Shown: positions 36,901 to 46,246 of the stretch, piece after piece | Layout of the letters: every line of letters starts with the position of its first letter | How positions within the stretch are numbered: position 1 is the stretch's first letter | Position numbers and translations under genes: made by a program | The notes under the pieces: model-generated | The model's database searches: none | What the model was told of the DNA's origin: nothing | What the model saw: the letters and a program-made list of their open reading frames with translations, nothing else | Assembly: GCA_963766575.1 (NCBI GenBank) | Contig: CAVYAR010000001.1 | Location: 581,426-645,425, forward strand | DNA from: an uncultured Actinomycetota bacterium | Lineage (GTDB): Bacteria; Actinomycetota; Thermoleophilia; Gaiellales; Gaiellaceae | Direction: 5' to 3' | DNA length: 64,000 bases

Positions 36901-37336
36901 CCTCGAGTGCCTTGCAAACGCGGCCCGACAGGCAGCCGGAGAGGGCGATCACGCCGGAGGAGTGCCGCTCCAGGAGCTCCCAGTCGACGCGGGGCTTGTA
37001 GTAGTAGCCCTCGAGGTAGCCGAGGCTCGAGAGCTTGATCAGATTCGAGTAGCCCTCGTTGTCGGCGGCGAGCAGCGTGAGATGCGCGTAGCCCTTCTTC
37101 TGGACCTTCCGATCCTCCGCGACGTAGACCTCGCAGCCGATGATCGGCTTCACCCCGGTGCCCTTGGCCTCCTTGAACAGCTGGACCGAGCCCGCCATCG
37201 AGCCGTGGTCCGTGAGCGAGACCGCCGGCATCTCGAGCTCGGCCGCCCGCTTGACCAGATCCGGGATCCGGCAGGCGCCGTCGAGGATCGAGTACTCGCT
37301 GTGAACGTGGAGGTGGACGAAGGGTGCTTCTGACAT
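33953..37336 (-). CDS. dnaE: DNA polymerase III alpha subunit
   Basis: PHP domain start FVHLHVHSEYSILDGA, then polymerase core and OB-fold. ATG 37336 (MSEAPFVHLH), 1127 aa, no intein-sized insertion. Confidence 0.95.
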   Translation of the reverse strand: MSEAPFVHLHVHSEYSILDGACRIPDLVKRAAELEMPAVSLTDHGSMAGSVQLFKEAKGTGVKPIIGCEVYVAEDRKVQKKGYAHLTLLAADNEGYSNLIKLSSLGYLEGYYYKPRVDWELLERHSSGVIALSGCLSGRVCKALEENRPGDARTELDRLAQVFGRDSVYVELQNAHLDVQAKLLPQLAELAAATGLPTVATGDVHYLRHEDARAHEALLCIQSGDSLKNPNHWKFETDHFFFKTPEEMAGDFPGHADALRRTLEVAERCNVEIEVGRILLPKFPTPNDRDAFDYLVELCETGLNRRYGTIDDTLRDRLRFELKTIKEMGFTDYFLIVWDIIHFAKGDGISVGPGRGSTAGSLVAYCLEITDVDPIRYGLLFERFLNPGRKQLPDADLDFAVAGRERVINYVTEKYGRDRVAQIITFGTMAARAVVRDAGRVLEIPYGTVDRIAKLIPEGPGQTLEECLKPGAELRKAVDSDPIAKEIIELARPLEGLTRQDGIHAAAVVIGAQPLMDVVPLQQKGSDQEVVTQYSGGHVEAVGLLKIDFLGLRNLDVIDKAVELIGNLDITQIPMDDRKTYEMLAKGEANGVFQFESSGMREALRLVKPTEFEDLIALVALYRPGPMQYIPNYAARKNGKEPVTYLDPRLKPILGDSYGISIYQEQSMEIAKQVGGFSPAEADDLRKAIGKKIHALMASLKDKFIEGAIANSTSDSVARQLWEDMEKAQDYSFNKSHAACYALISYRTAWLRCHHPCEYMAALISSVMSTKDRVPFYVNACHELGIEVLPPDVNESQTDFAVVGGKIRFGLNAVKGVGELACRTIIRAREEGGAFESIWDFTERVDPSVVNKRALESLVKCGALPGSRLGMLQVLEQALAYGQKQQADRLAGQGSIFDEGQFGGAETTGEKHHPHVPSEEFEKPDLLRLEKETLGLYVSEHPLSALRGELRAKTDATLAELERRRDGENVTVGGIVSEVRQLTTKRGEQMVFLRLDDATGGVDCVVFAGAYAAATDLCVVDRIVIVKGRVDHKEGETKLLAQEISAFESVAAKRTIRIKIDAARASAGTIGDLKTIVSDFPGESLVEVACATSQGPLLLRFGTGYKVEPHPDFFAEVRALLGESALA

Positions 37337-37471
37337 GCGGAGGGGAAGGGTACAAAGGCCATCCGATGGCACTCACCCGCGAGGCCGCAGTTTGCGAAGA
37401 GCCTCTCGGAGCGGCCCGGGCCTCGCCGCAACGGCAGGACTGGCGTCGAGGCGCGGCGAACCACCGAGGGC

Positions 37472-38455
37472 ATGCCCTCGACCCAAGGCGCCGATCTCGA
37501 GCGGATGCAGCGCGAGCTCCTCTTCGACGGCCCCGAGCGCGGCCGCAAGCTGAGCCGTTTCTGGGCGCTCCTGCTGCTCGCCGCCGTGATCGCGAGCGCC
37601 GGGATCATCTCCGACTCGACAGCGACGGTGATCGGAGCGATGATCGTGGCGCCGCTGATGACGCCGATCCTCGGGACGGTGCTCTCGGTCGTGATCGGCG
37701 ATCTCGGGAACCTGGGGCGCAGCCTGCTGCTCGTGGCAGGAGGCGCGGCGGCCGTGGTGCTCGTCGGCTTCGTCCTCGGTGAGCTGATCCCCTATCCGGT
37801 CGACGCGGCGACCACCTCGCAGGTCGCCGGTCGCATCCATCCGCACCTGATCGATCTCCTGGCTGCCGTTGCGACCGGGGCCGTCGGTGCCTTCGCGCTC
37901 GTCCGGTCGGACGTTTCGGACACGCTCCCCGGCGTCGCAATCGCGATCTCGCTCGTACCCCCGCTCGCCGTCGTCGGGCTCACCCTCGAGTCGGGCCAGC
38001 CGCACGAGGCGACCGGAGCGCTGCTCCTGTTCGTGACGAACGTCGCGGCGATCCTCCTGAGCGGCCTCGTCGTCATGGGCATCTACCACGTGCGGGAGGC
38101 CTCGCTCGCGGCGCCCGGGCGGCACCGGTTGAACCCGCGCACCGGGACGATCGTCGCGGTCGCAGCCGTGGTCGCTCTTGCGGTCCCGCTCGCCGCCGCC
38201 TCGAAGCAGATCTCCACCGATGAGCTGCGCCAGTCCGACGTGAACACGGTCGCCCAGGCCTGGGCGGCCGGGCACAACTGGCAGATCATCGGCATCGACT
38301 CGAGCGGCGGCGACGTGATCGTCCGCGCGATCGGGCCGCTCCCGCTGCCCGATCCGAACGGCTTTCGCTCCGCGCTCGACGCGCACGGACTGAAGTCGAC
38401 GGGCGTCCGGCTGCAGCTGGCACCCGTAGTCCAGGCCGACCTGCCGGGCGGCTGA
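37472..38455 (+). CDS. DUF389 domain membrane protein
   Basis: GAMIVAPLMTPILG and PGVAIAISLVPPL motifs typical of DUF389/TIGR00341. Confidence 0.8.
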   Translation: MPSTQGADLERMQRELLFDGPERGRKLSRFWALLLLAAVIASAGIISDSTATVIGAMIVAPLMTPILGTVLSVVIGDLGNLGRSLLLVAGGAAAVVLVGFVLGELIPYPVDAATTSQVAGRIHPHLIDLLAAVATGAVGAFALVRSDVSDTLPGVAIAISLVPPLAVVGLTLESGQPHEATGALLLFVTNVAAILLSGLVVMGIYHVREASLAAPGRHRLNPRTGTIVAVAAVVALAVPLAAASKQISTDELRQSDVNTVAQAWAAGHNWQIIGIDSSGGDVIVRAIGPLPLPDPNGFRSALDAHGLKSTGVRLQLAPVVQADLPGG

Positions 38456-38460
38456 GGCCG

Positions 38461-39267
38461 GTGCTCGCGAAGCTGCGAGAGCGAGTCGACCGCTCGTATC
38501 CCGGCGAGGTCGTGGCCGAGTTCCTGCGGATCGACGTGATCGAGCGCTCACTCGCGCTCGCCTCGAAGCTCTTCGTCGCGGTGATCCCGCTCAGCATCAT
38601 CCTGAACTCGGTCGTCCCCGGGAACGCGAGCGTCGGCGAGAGCCTCGTGAGGCGCTTCGGGCTCATGGGCGCCGGCGCAGCGGCAACCGACACCCTGTTT
38701 GCGAGCAAGAACCAGGTTCAGGGAAACGTCGGCGTGATCGGCCTCCTGATCCTCCTCTACTCGGTGTTCAGCTTCACCCGGGGCCTCCAGCGGGTCTACC
38801 TCGACGTCTGGCAGCTCGCGCCGCAACGGTTCGAGGCGATCGTGCGGCGCGCGACGTGGATCGTCGGGTTCGCGGTCTATACGGCGCTCCTCGGCCCGGT
38901 GCGGTCGCTCGAGGTGAGAAACAGCCTGACGATCGCCTACCTCGTCACCCTCGCAGCGCTCGGGACCGCGCTCTGGGTGTTCACGCCGTGGATCCTGCTC
39001 GGCCGGCGGATCCCCTGGCGGCGTCTGCTCCCGACCGGGATCCTGACCTCGGTCTGCGTCACGGTCTACACGGCCGCCTCGACGCAGACGCTGCCGGCGA
39101 TCATGACCCACAATGCCCTGCGCTACGGGCAGATCGGGATCGCGTTCGGGCTCGTCAGCTGGCTCTTCGTCTACGCGGCGATCGTCGTGACAGCGGTGAT
39201 CGCGGCCGGGGTCTGGGACCGGCGCCGGCACGGGATCGCCTCACCGGCCGCGGCTCCGCGAGACTGA
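38461..39267 (+). CDS. YihY/BrkB family membrane protein
   Basis: 268-aa polytopic protein with topology and conserved GxxxxLLLxxY and YGxxGxxxxxxxWLY-like patterns of the YihY family. Confidence 0.7.
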   Translation: MLAKLRERVDRSYPGEVVAEFLRIDVIERSLALASKLFVAVIPLSIILNSVVPGNASVGESLVRRFGLMGAGAAATDTLFASKNQVQGNVGVIGLLILLYSVFSFTRGLQRVYLDVWQLAPQRFEAIVRRATWIVGFAVYTALLGPVRSLEVRNSLTIAYLVTLAALGTALWVFTPWILLGRRIPWRRLLPTGILTSVCVTVYTAASTQTLPAIMTHNALRYGQIGIAFGLVSWLFVYAAIVVTAVIAAGVWDRRRHGIASPAAAPRD

Positions 39268-39277
39268 CGGGCGCCCT

Positions 39278-39970
39278 GTGGCCGGGACCTACGCCGAGCT
39301 GTTCGTCCTCGCCGCCGCCTCGGCCCTCTACCCGGTGCTGCTGGCGATCGACATCATCGCCTTCCGGACACCGCATCCCGCACGGCTCCTCGGCGCCTTC
39401 CTCGCGGGAGGGCTCCTGACGACGGTCTCGGTCGGGCTGGCGGTCGTCTACGCGCTCGAGGGAACCTCGTTCGTCTCCGGCTCCGAGGAGAAGGACACGA
39501 ACCACGTCGTCGGGATCGTGGCCGGCGCGCTCGCCCTGCTCGCCTGCTTCGTCCTCGCCCGCGGCTACAGCCTGCCGCGCCGCAGGAAACCGTCGGCAAA
39601 GACGCCGAAGGGCCCGAACCGCACGGAGCGGCTGCTCGAGCGCGGGGCGCCGCTCGCGTTCGTCGCCGGCATCGTGCTCAGCATCGTCCCTGGCGTGTTC
39701 CCCCTCGTCGCGCTGAAGAACATCGCCGAGCTCGACCTCCACGTCGCGGGCACCTTCGCGATCCTCGTCGTCTTCAACCTGATCATGTTCGTCCTGATCG
39801 AGGTGCCTCTCGTCGGCCTCGTGGTCTCGCCTGATCGCACCGCCGAGCTGACGACGCGCTTCAACGACTGGCTCGTGCGAAACGCGCGGCGCGTCGGCGC
39901 GATCGCGCTGGGTGCCGCGGGGGCCTACCTGCTGATTCGCGGCATCGTCGGCGCGCTGCTCTTCGGTTGA
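39278..39970 (+). CDS. GAP family (DUF2910-like) membrane protein
   Basis: Six predicted TM helices around a basic central loop. The architecture resembles the second copy at 46747. Confidence 0.6.
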   Translation: MAGTYAELFVLAAASALYPVLLAIDIIAFRTPHPARLLGAFLAGGLLTTVSVGLAVVYALEGTSFVSGSEEKDTNHVVGIVAGALALLACFVLARGYSLPRRRKPSAKTPKGPNRTERLLERGAPLAFVAGIVLSIVPGVFPLVALKNIAELDLHVAGTFAILVVFNLIMFVLIEVPLVGLVVSPDRTAELTTRFNDWLVRNARRVGAIALGAAGAYLLIRGIVGALLFG

Positions 39971-39973
39971 TCC

Positions 39974-41128
39974 CTAGAACCGCGCCGCCGCTCCGAGCGC
40001 GTGGCGGTGGGCACCGGTCTCGAGGATCTCCCCGATCTGGGCGATCGCGAACCGGAGCTCCTCGTCGGTGTTGTAGTAGTGCGGGCCAAGTCGGAGTCCG
40101 GCGCCCGGCCGGAAGTCGCAGATCACGCCCCGGGCTCCGAGCTCGGCATGGACGGCCTCGAAGTCGGGGACGAAGATCGTGATCGTCCCGCCGCGAACCG
40201 AAGGATCGCGCGGCGAGCGCACCTCGAAGCCGGCCTCGTCGGCGAGTCGGATCAGGTACTCGGTCTGGCGGATCGAGTTCTCCCGGATCGCCTCGACGCC
40301 GACCTCCTCCACGAGGTCGTACCCGGACGTCGCGGCGTAGAGGGCGGGCACGTTCGGCGTGCCGGTGAGGAACCGCGAGATCCCGTCGGCATACCGGAGC
40401 TCGGGCTCGAAGCTGAACGGGGCGGCGTGTGCCTGCCAGCCCATGAACGTCGGCTCGAGCTGCCCGATCAGGTCGCGGCGCACATACAGCCAGCCGTTTC
40501 CGGGGCCGCCGCAGAGCCATTTGACCGAGCCGCCCACCGCGAAGTCGACACCGAGCTCGGCCAGCGAGAACGGCACGATTCCGGCCGACTGGTAGCAGTC
40601 GAGCACCACGCGGGCCCCGACCTCGTGGGAGCGCGAGACGATCGCCGCGACATCCTGGATCTCGGCCGACTTGAAGAGCACGTGCGAGATCGGCACGAGC
40701 AGCGTCCGCTCGTCGATCGCCTCGACGATCGCCTCGCCGTTCTCGCAGACGACGACCTCGAGCTCGGGCTGTGCCTGGTAGAGATAGCGCACCGACGGGA
40801 AGTTCTCGGCCTCGTAGACGACTCGGTTGCGCCGAGGATCGACTGGGCGGAAGCACGACAGGGCTACCGCCTCCGCCACCGCGACGTTCTGGTGCATCAC
40901 GATCGTCCCCGGGTCGGCACCGACGATCCGCCCGATCTGGTCGCCGACCTCGAGCGGCATCGTCCACCAGCCCTCGCCCCAGGCCCGGATCCCCCGCGTC
41001 GCCCAGACGTTCGCGTACTCGGCGAGACGGCCGGCCGTTGCGGCGGGCATCGCGCCGAGCGAATGGTTGATCAGATATGTCGTCTCGTCGAGGATCGGAA
41101 AGCGATCCCGGTAGTCGCTCAGGCTCAC
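39974..41128 (-). CDS. kynureninase-like class V aminotransferase-fold PLP enzyme
   Basis: TYLINHSLGAMP and SVKWLCGGPGNGWLYV (PLP-lysine region) resemble kynureninase. Confidence 0.75.
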   Translation of the reverse strand: MSLSDYRDRFPILDETTYLINHSLGAMPAATAGRLAEYANVWATRGIRAWGEGWWTMPLEVGDQIGRIVGADPGTIVMHQNVAVAEAVALSCFRPVDPRRNRVVYEAENFPSVRYLYQAQPELEVVVCENGEAIVEAIDERTLLVPISHVLFKSAEIQDVAAIVSRSHEVGARVVLDCYQSAGIVPFSLAELGVDFAVGGSVKWLCGGPGNGWLYVRRDLIGQLEPTFMGWQAHAAPFSFEPELRYADGISRFLTGTPNVPALYAATSGYDLVEEVGVEAIRENSIRQTEYLIRLADEAGFEVRSPRDPSVRGGTITIFVPDFEAVHAELGARGVICDFRPGAGLRLGPHYYNTDEELRFAIAQIGEILETGAHRHALGAAARF

Positions 41129-41180
41129 AGGCTGAGCCTACGCCGCCCGCTGACCTGCGTCATGTGGAATCCTCGGGGCG

Positions 41181-41681
41181 GTGCTCGCCCCTCGCCTCCC
41201 GCCGGAACGATCCGATTTCTACGCCGCCGCGATCTACGGCTCGATCATCGCCGCCGCGGTCATCGGCGCGTTCCGCCAGGAGCAGGCGAAGCCCGAGGAC
41301 GTTGCGCTCGCCCTTCTCGGGACGATGACGGTCTTCTGGCTCGTCCATGTCTGGTGCGAGATCCTCGGCGAGCGGATCCACGAGCGCTCGCCGTACAGCC
41401 TGCACCGCGTGGCCTCGATCGCCCGCTCGGAGTGGCCGCTCGTCGAGGCGGGGTTCGTCCCGACCTTGTTCCTGATGCTCGGCTGGGCGGGTGTGCTCAA
41501 GGAGAGCATCGCCGAGGACCTCGCGCTCGTCGCCTGCATCCTCCAGCTCTTCGCGTGGGGCCTCTTCCTCGGCTTCCGCGCCAGCGAACGCTGGTGGGGC
41601 GCCGTGCTGGCCGGGCTCACGAACGGCGTGCTCGGGGTGATGCTCGTGATGCTCGAGATCACCGTCGTCCATCACGCCTAA
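41181..41681 (+). CDS. hypothetical membrane protein (166 aa)
   Basis: Four to five hydrophobic segments, good codon bias, no family recognised. Confidence 0.55.
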   Translation: MLAPRLPPERSDFYAAAIYGSIIAAAVIGAFRQEQAKPEDVALALLGTMTVFWLVHVWCEILGERIHERSPYSLHRVASIARSEWPLVEAGFVPTLFLMLGWAGVLKESIAEDLALVACILQLFAWGLFLGFRASERWWGAVLAGLTNGVLGVMLVMLEITVVHHA

Positions 41682-41700
41682 CGGCCTTTAGGATCCTGTC

Positions 41701-42081
41701 GTGGACGACGGCACCGATTTCGACCTCGTCGCCGCCTCGCTCCGCGCAGACACCTCGGACCTCGCGATCTTTGTCGAAGCGCTTGCGGTCAAGCTCACCG
41801 ACTCGTTCCCCGCGGCCGTGAAGGTCGAGCGGCGCCGCGGCTTCAAGCCGGGGCCGCGGCCGGTGACGAAGATCACGGTCGTGCTCGGCGACGAGGGCTT
41901 CGACCTGGAGCACGACTCCGGGAAGGTCTCATGCCGCCGGCGGGTACTCGTGCGCGGGATCGCGCTGCGCAGCGAGGAACTCGAGCTCGGCCCCTGGATC
42001 GATGCACTCTCACAGGCCCTCGTGGCCGAGGCCGGGCGCAGCGAACGCGGCCGCGAGTCGCTCCGGCAGCTGCTCGACTGA
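41701..42081 (+). CDS. hypothetical protein (126 aa)
   Basis: Begins 19 nt after the previous gene. Coding-like GC3. No family recognised. Confidence 0.5.
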   Translation: MDDGTDFDLVAASLRADTSDLAIFVEALAVKLTDSFPAAVKVERRRGFKPGPRPVTKITVVLGDEGFDLEHDSGKVSCRRRVLVRGIALRSEELELGPWIDALSQALVAEAGRSERGRESLRQLLD

Positions 42082-42132
42082 CGACCCCGGATGTAGGGTC
42101 AGCCCGACAACCGCTCGCAATCGGGAGGATCC

Positions 42133-42981
42133 ATGCCGCTCTTCGGAAGAGACTCGTCCGACACCACCGCGACCTGGGAGCCACAGGCAGCCGACGGGCG
42201 CCTCGCACAGACGGCCGGCGCCGTTCCGGGCGGCGTCTTCACCTCCGACCTCTCGGTCTCCGAGTACGTGCTGCTCGGCGAGGCCGGGTTCGAGCCGCTC
42301 GGCTTCGTGGTCGGCTCGTCGATCTACCACATCGGCCTCCAGCAGAGCAAGTGGGGGCAGAACCAGGAGCTGACCGTGCTGACGCAGGCGATGTACAACG
42401 CCCGCGAGCTCGCGATGTCGCGGATGCAGGCCGAGGCCGAGCACCTCGGCGCCGACGGGATCGTCGGCGTGCAGCTCCGGATGCAGGCCTACGTGTGGGG
42501 CCAGGACGTGCTCGAGTTCCTCGCGACCGGCACCGCGGTCAAGGCCTTCGCCGCAAACGGCGCCCATCGCGCCCCGGACGGTCACGCGTTCACCTCCGAC
42601 CTCTCGGCGCAGGACTTCTACCGCCTCCTCGCCGCAGGAGCCGTTCCGGTCTCGTTCGTCCTCGGGACGTGCGTCTACCACATCGCCCATCAGGGAGTGA
42701 TGCAGTCGCTGCGCCAGATGGGCCAGAACACCGAGATGGTCGTCTTCACCCAGGGGATCTACGAAGCACGCGAGCTCGCGCTCTCCCGAATGCAGGCGGA
42801 GGCAACCGAGGCGCAGGCCTCCGGCGTCGTCGGGGTCACGGTCGGGGTCTACAACCACGTCTGGGGCGAGCACGCGACCGAGTTCCTGGCCACCGGCACC
42901 TCGGTGCGCCGGCTCGCCGACGAGCACAAGCTCCCGGACACCTCCCCCACGCCCACGTTCACGCTCGGACTCGACTCGTAG
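42133..42981 (+). CDS. tandem YbjQ/UPF0145 (putative heavy-metal-binding) domain protein
   Basis: Internal duplication: FTSDLSVSEYVLL...ARELAMSRMQAEAEHLGADGIVGV...EFLATGTAV repeats as FTSDLSAQDFYRL...ARELALSRMQAEATEAQASGVVGV...EFLATGTSV. Confidence 0.75.
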   Translation: MPLFGRDSSDTTATWEPQAADGRLAQTAGAVPGGVFTSDLSVSEYVLLGEAGFEPLGFVVGSSIYHIGLQQSKWGQNQELTVLTQAMYNARELAMSRMQAEAEHLGADGIVGVQLRMQAYVWGQDVLEFLATGTAVKAFAANGAHRAPDGHAFTSDLSAQDFYRLLAAGAVPVSFVLGTCVYHIAHQGVMQSLRQMGQNTEMVVFTQGIYEARELALSRMQAEATEAQASGVVGVTVGVYNHVWGEHATEFLATGTSVRRLADEHKLPDTSPTPTFTLGLDS

Positions 42982-43065
42982 GCGGGGGCGGGGCGGGGCG
43001 GCTTAACCCGACTCTCAGAATCTGGTGGCTAGGGTGCCCAAAGGCAGCGACCGAGGGGGAGACGC

Positions 43066-43998
43066 GTGATCGAGGCGAACGGCCTCACCAAGGACTACGG
43101 CGAGAAGCGAGCGGTGGACGGGCTCACGTTCACCGTGAAGCCGGGGATCGTGACCGGGTTCCTCGGTCCGAACGGCTCGGGGAAGTCGACGACGATGCGG
43201 ATGATCATCGGGCTCGACCGGCCCACGGGCGGCACGGTCACGGTGAACGGGAAGAGCTATCGCGACTTCCCGGCGCCGCTCCACGAGGTCGGCGCGCTGC
43301 TCGAAGCGCGCGCCGTGCATACGGGCCGCTCGGCCTACTACCACCTGCTCGCGCTCGCGCAGACCCACGGCGTTCCGAAGGCCCGCGTGACCGACGTGAT
43401 CGATCGTGTCGGCCTTCACGAGGTCGCGCGAAAGCGCGTCGGCAAGTTCTCGCTCGGGATGGGCCAGCGCCTCGGGATCGCCGCGGCGCTGCTCGCCGAC
43501 CCCGACATCCTGATGCTCGACGAGCCGGCAAACGGCCTCGACCCCGAGGGGATCCAGTGGATCCGCAACATGCTCAAGGAGTTCGCCTCGGAGGGCCGCA
43601 CGGTGTTCGTCTCGTCACACGTGATGAGCGAGATGGCTCTGATCGCCGACCATCTGATCGTGATCGGGCGCGGCCGGATGATCGCCGACATCGGCGTCGA
43701 CGAGTTCGTGCGCGGGGCCTCCAAGAACGCGGTCCGCGTCCGCTCGCCCCAGATGTCCGAGCTCGCCGCCCTGCTCGCCGGGCCCGACGTCACGGTCGAG
43801 GCGGGGAAGGACGACGAGTTCGAGGTCACCGGCCTCACCGCCGAGCAGGTCGGCGAGATCGCCGCCGCCCACGCGATCGTCCTACACGAACTCGCGCCGG
43901 TGCGCGCCTCGCTCGAGGAGGCGTTCATGGACGTCACGCGCGACGAAGTCGAGTTCAAGGCCGACGCACCCCGCGAACCGGAAGGGGCGCTCGTATGA
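43066..43998 (+). CDS. ABC transporter ATP-binding protein (ABC-2 exporter type)
   Basis: Walker A GPNGSGKST, signature LSLGMGQRL, Walker B ILMLDEP and H-loop SSH. Confidence 0.9.
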   Translation: MIEANGLTKDYGEKRAVDGLTFTVKPGIVTGFLGPNGSGKSTTMRMIIGLDRPTGGTVTVNGKSYRDFPAPLHEVGALLEARAVHTGRSAYYHLLALAQTHGVPKARVTDVIDRVGLHEVARKRVGKFSLGMGQRLGIAAALLADPDILMLDEPANGLDPEGIQWIRNMLKEFASEGRTVFVSSHVMSEMALIADHLIVIGRGRMIADIGVDEFVRGASKNAVRVRSPQMSELAALLAGPDVTVEAGKDDEFEVTGLTAEQVGEIAAAHAIVLHELAPVRASLEEAFMDVTRDEVEFKADAPREPEGALV

Positions 43999-44825
43999 CC
44001 GTCGTGACCGGCACCGCACCCCCGGCCGCCTGGAGCGACCGTCTCCGGGTCACACAGGCCCGGGTGATCGTCTCCGAGTGGACGAAGCTCCGCTCGATCC
44101 GCTCGACCCGCTGGTCGATGCTCGTCGCGGTCGTGCTCACGGTCGGGTTCCCGTGCCTCGCCGCGGAAATCACCGCGGCCCGCTGGAGCCACATGAGCTT
44201 CGCGGAGCAGGCGAGCCGCCACCCGCTCGACATCGCCCTGGTCGGCGCCCGGTTCTCCCAGCTGGCGATCGGTGTCCTCGGCGTTCTTGTGATTACCGGC
44301 GAGTACTCGACCGGGATGATCCGCGCCTCACTCGGCGCCGTCCCCAAGCGGCTGCCCTTCCTCTGGGCGAAGCTCGTCGTCTTCGCGGCCGTCACATTCG
44401 TGCTGATGGTCCCGGCAGTGCTCCTCGCCTTTGTGGGCAGCCAGGCCATCCTGCGCTCGAACCACATCCTCCAGCTCTCGATCTCCGACCCGGGCGTCAT
44501 CCGCTGCCTGATCGGAGGGGCGCTCTACGCGACGGGTGTCGGCGTCCTCACGCTCGCGATCGGCGCAATGATCCGCAACACGGCCGGCGGGATCGCGATC
44601 TTCGTCGCGATCTTCTTCGTGATCCCACCGCTCCTCTTCATCCTCCCGCTCGACTGGGAGCAGGCGATCTCCAAGTATCTGCCGTCGAACGCGGGCAGCG
44701 AGATCCTCTCGCTGACCCACGGCTCGAGCGATCTCGGTCCGTGGACCGGCTTCGGCCTCTTCTGCCTCTACATCGCCGTGGCGATCGGGGCGGCCGCCGT
44801 GATGCTCGTGCGGCGCGATGCCTGA
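43995..44825 (+). CDS. ABC-2 family transporter permease
   Basis: ATGA overlap with the ATPase gene. Six TM segments. It is the C-terminal part of the 964-aa track ORF, whose upstream portion is artefactual. Confidence 0.8.
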   Translation: MTVVTGTAPPAAWSDRLRVTQARVIVSEWTKLRSIRSTRWSMLVAVVLTVGFPCLAAEITAARWSHMSFAEQASRHPLDIALVGARFSQLAIGVLGVLVITGEYSTGMIRASLGAVPKRLPFLWAKLVVFAAVTFVLMVPAVLLAFVGSQAILRSNHILQLSISDPGVIRCLIGGALYATGVGVLTLAIGAMIRNTAGGIAIFVAIFFVIPPLLFILPLDWEQAISKYLPSNAGSEILSLTHGSSDLGPWTGFGLFCLYIAVAIGAAAVMLVRRDA

Positions 44826-44851
44826 GCCTCACCGCGGGTAGCGTTCGCGGC

Positions 44852-45879
44852 ATGGAGCTCCGCAAGCTCGGCCGGACCGGTGTCGAGGTCAGCCCGCTCT
44901 GCCTCGGGGCGATGATGTTCGGCGCGTGGGGCAACCCGGATCACACCGAGTCGATCCGGATCATCCACGCGGCACTCGATGCCGGGATCAACTTCGTCGA
45001 CACCGCCGATGCCTACTCGGGCGGCGAATCGGAGGAGATCGTCGCGAAGGCGCTCGCGGGGCGGCGCGACGAGATCGTGCTCGCGACGAAGGTCCACTTC
45101 GCGATGGGCGAGGGCCCGAACCGGAGCGGTAACTCACGCCGCTGGATCATCCAGGAGGTCGAGGCGAGCCTCCGGCGCCTGCGGAACGGACTGGATCGAC
45201 CTCTACCAGATCCACCGCCCCGACCCGAGCGTCGACATCGACGAGACGCTCGGCGCGCTCACGGACCTCGTGCGCGCCGGGAAGATCCGCTACCTCGGTT
45301 CCTCGACCTTCCCGGCGCACGCAGATCGTCGAGGCGCAGTGGGTCGCCGAGCGCCGCGGTCGGGAGCGGTTCCGCTGCGAGCAGCCGCCCTACTCGATCC
45401 TCGTGCGCGGGATCGAGCGCGACGTGCTGCCGGTCTGCGCGGAGTACGGGATGGGCGTGATCCCCTGGAGCCCGCTCGCCGGCGGCTGGCTCACCGGCCG
45501 CTACCGCGAGGGACGAGAGCTGCCGCCGAGCACTCGCTCCGGCCGGATCCCGAAACGCTACGACATGAGCCTCCCGGGGAACCAGGCAAAGCTCGAGGCG
45601 GTCGAGGAGCTCGCGGTGCTCGCCGAGGAGGCAGGGCTGCCGCTGATCCACCTCGCGATCGCCTTCGTCCTGCGCCACCCGGCCGTGACCGCGGCGATCA
45701 TCGGGCCGCGCACGATGGAGCAGCTCGAGAGTCAGCTCGGCGCGGCCGACGTCGAGCTCCCGACAGACGTCCTCGACCGGATCGACGCGATCGTCCCGCC
45801 CGGGACGACCCTGAACCAGGTCGACGCCGGCTGGACGCCGCCGTGGCTCGAGGGCGCCTCGTCACGCCGCCGCCGCTGA
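44852..45879 (+). pseudogene. aldo/keto reductase interrupted by two +1 frameshifts (near 45182 and 45321)
   Basis: The AKR sequence runs through all three frames: MELRKLGRTGVEVSPLCLG...EASLRRL (frame 2), [14 protein letters not shown]...[10 protein letters not shown] (frame 0), [13 protein letters not shown]...[14 protein letters not shown]...[10 protein letters not shown] (frame 1). One extra base at each junction. Confidence 0.75.
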
Positions 45880-45910
45880 CGTCCGTCGCCCGGGGGTTTA
45901 GGCTCTGCCC

Positions 45911-46246
45911 GTGAGCATCGAGCCCGATGTCAACGTGGTCGGCGGACAGCTCCTGCCGTGCTCGGCCGAACCCGTCACGGGCTTCTATCGCAACGGCTGC
46001 TGCTCGACCGGGCCGGAGGACGTCGGAAGCCATACGGTCTGCGTCATCCTCACCGACGAGTTCCTCGAGTTCTCGAAGGCTGCCGGCAACGACCTCTCGA
46101 CGCCGATGCCGCAGTGGGGCTTCCCGGGCTCGAGCGCGGGCAACCGCTGGTGCCTCTGCGCGACCCGCTGGCTCGAGGCGCACGAGGCCGGCCACGCGCC
46201 CGAGGTCGTGCTCGGTGCGACCCACGTCGCGGGCGCTCGAGGATGA
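45911..46246 (+). CDS. DUF2237 family protein
   Basis: [35 protein letters not shown]...GNDLSTP...[14 protein letters not shown] matches the DUF2237 pattern. Confidence 0.8.
   Translation: MSIEPDVNVVGGQLLPCSAEPVTGFYRNGCCSTGPEDVGSHTVCVILTDEFLEFSKAAGNDLSTPMPQWGFPGSSAGNRWCLCATRWLEAHEAGHAPEVVLGATHVAGARG

Noticed and set aside
42983-43003. G-run GGCGGGGGCGGGGCGGGGCGG as a potential G-quadruplex after the YbjQ gene.
   Set aside because: There are only three runs of four or more G plus GG ends. Such tracts are common in GC-rich intergenic DNA, and nothing here suggests function.
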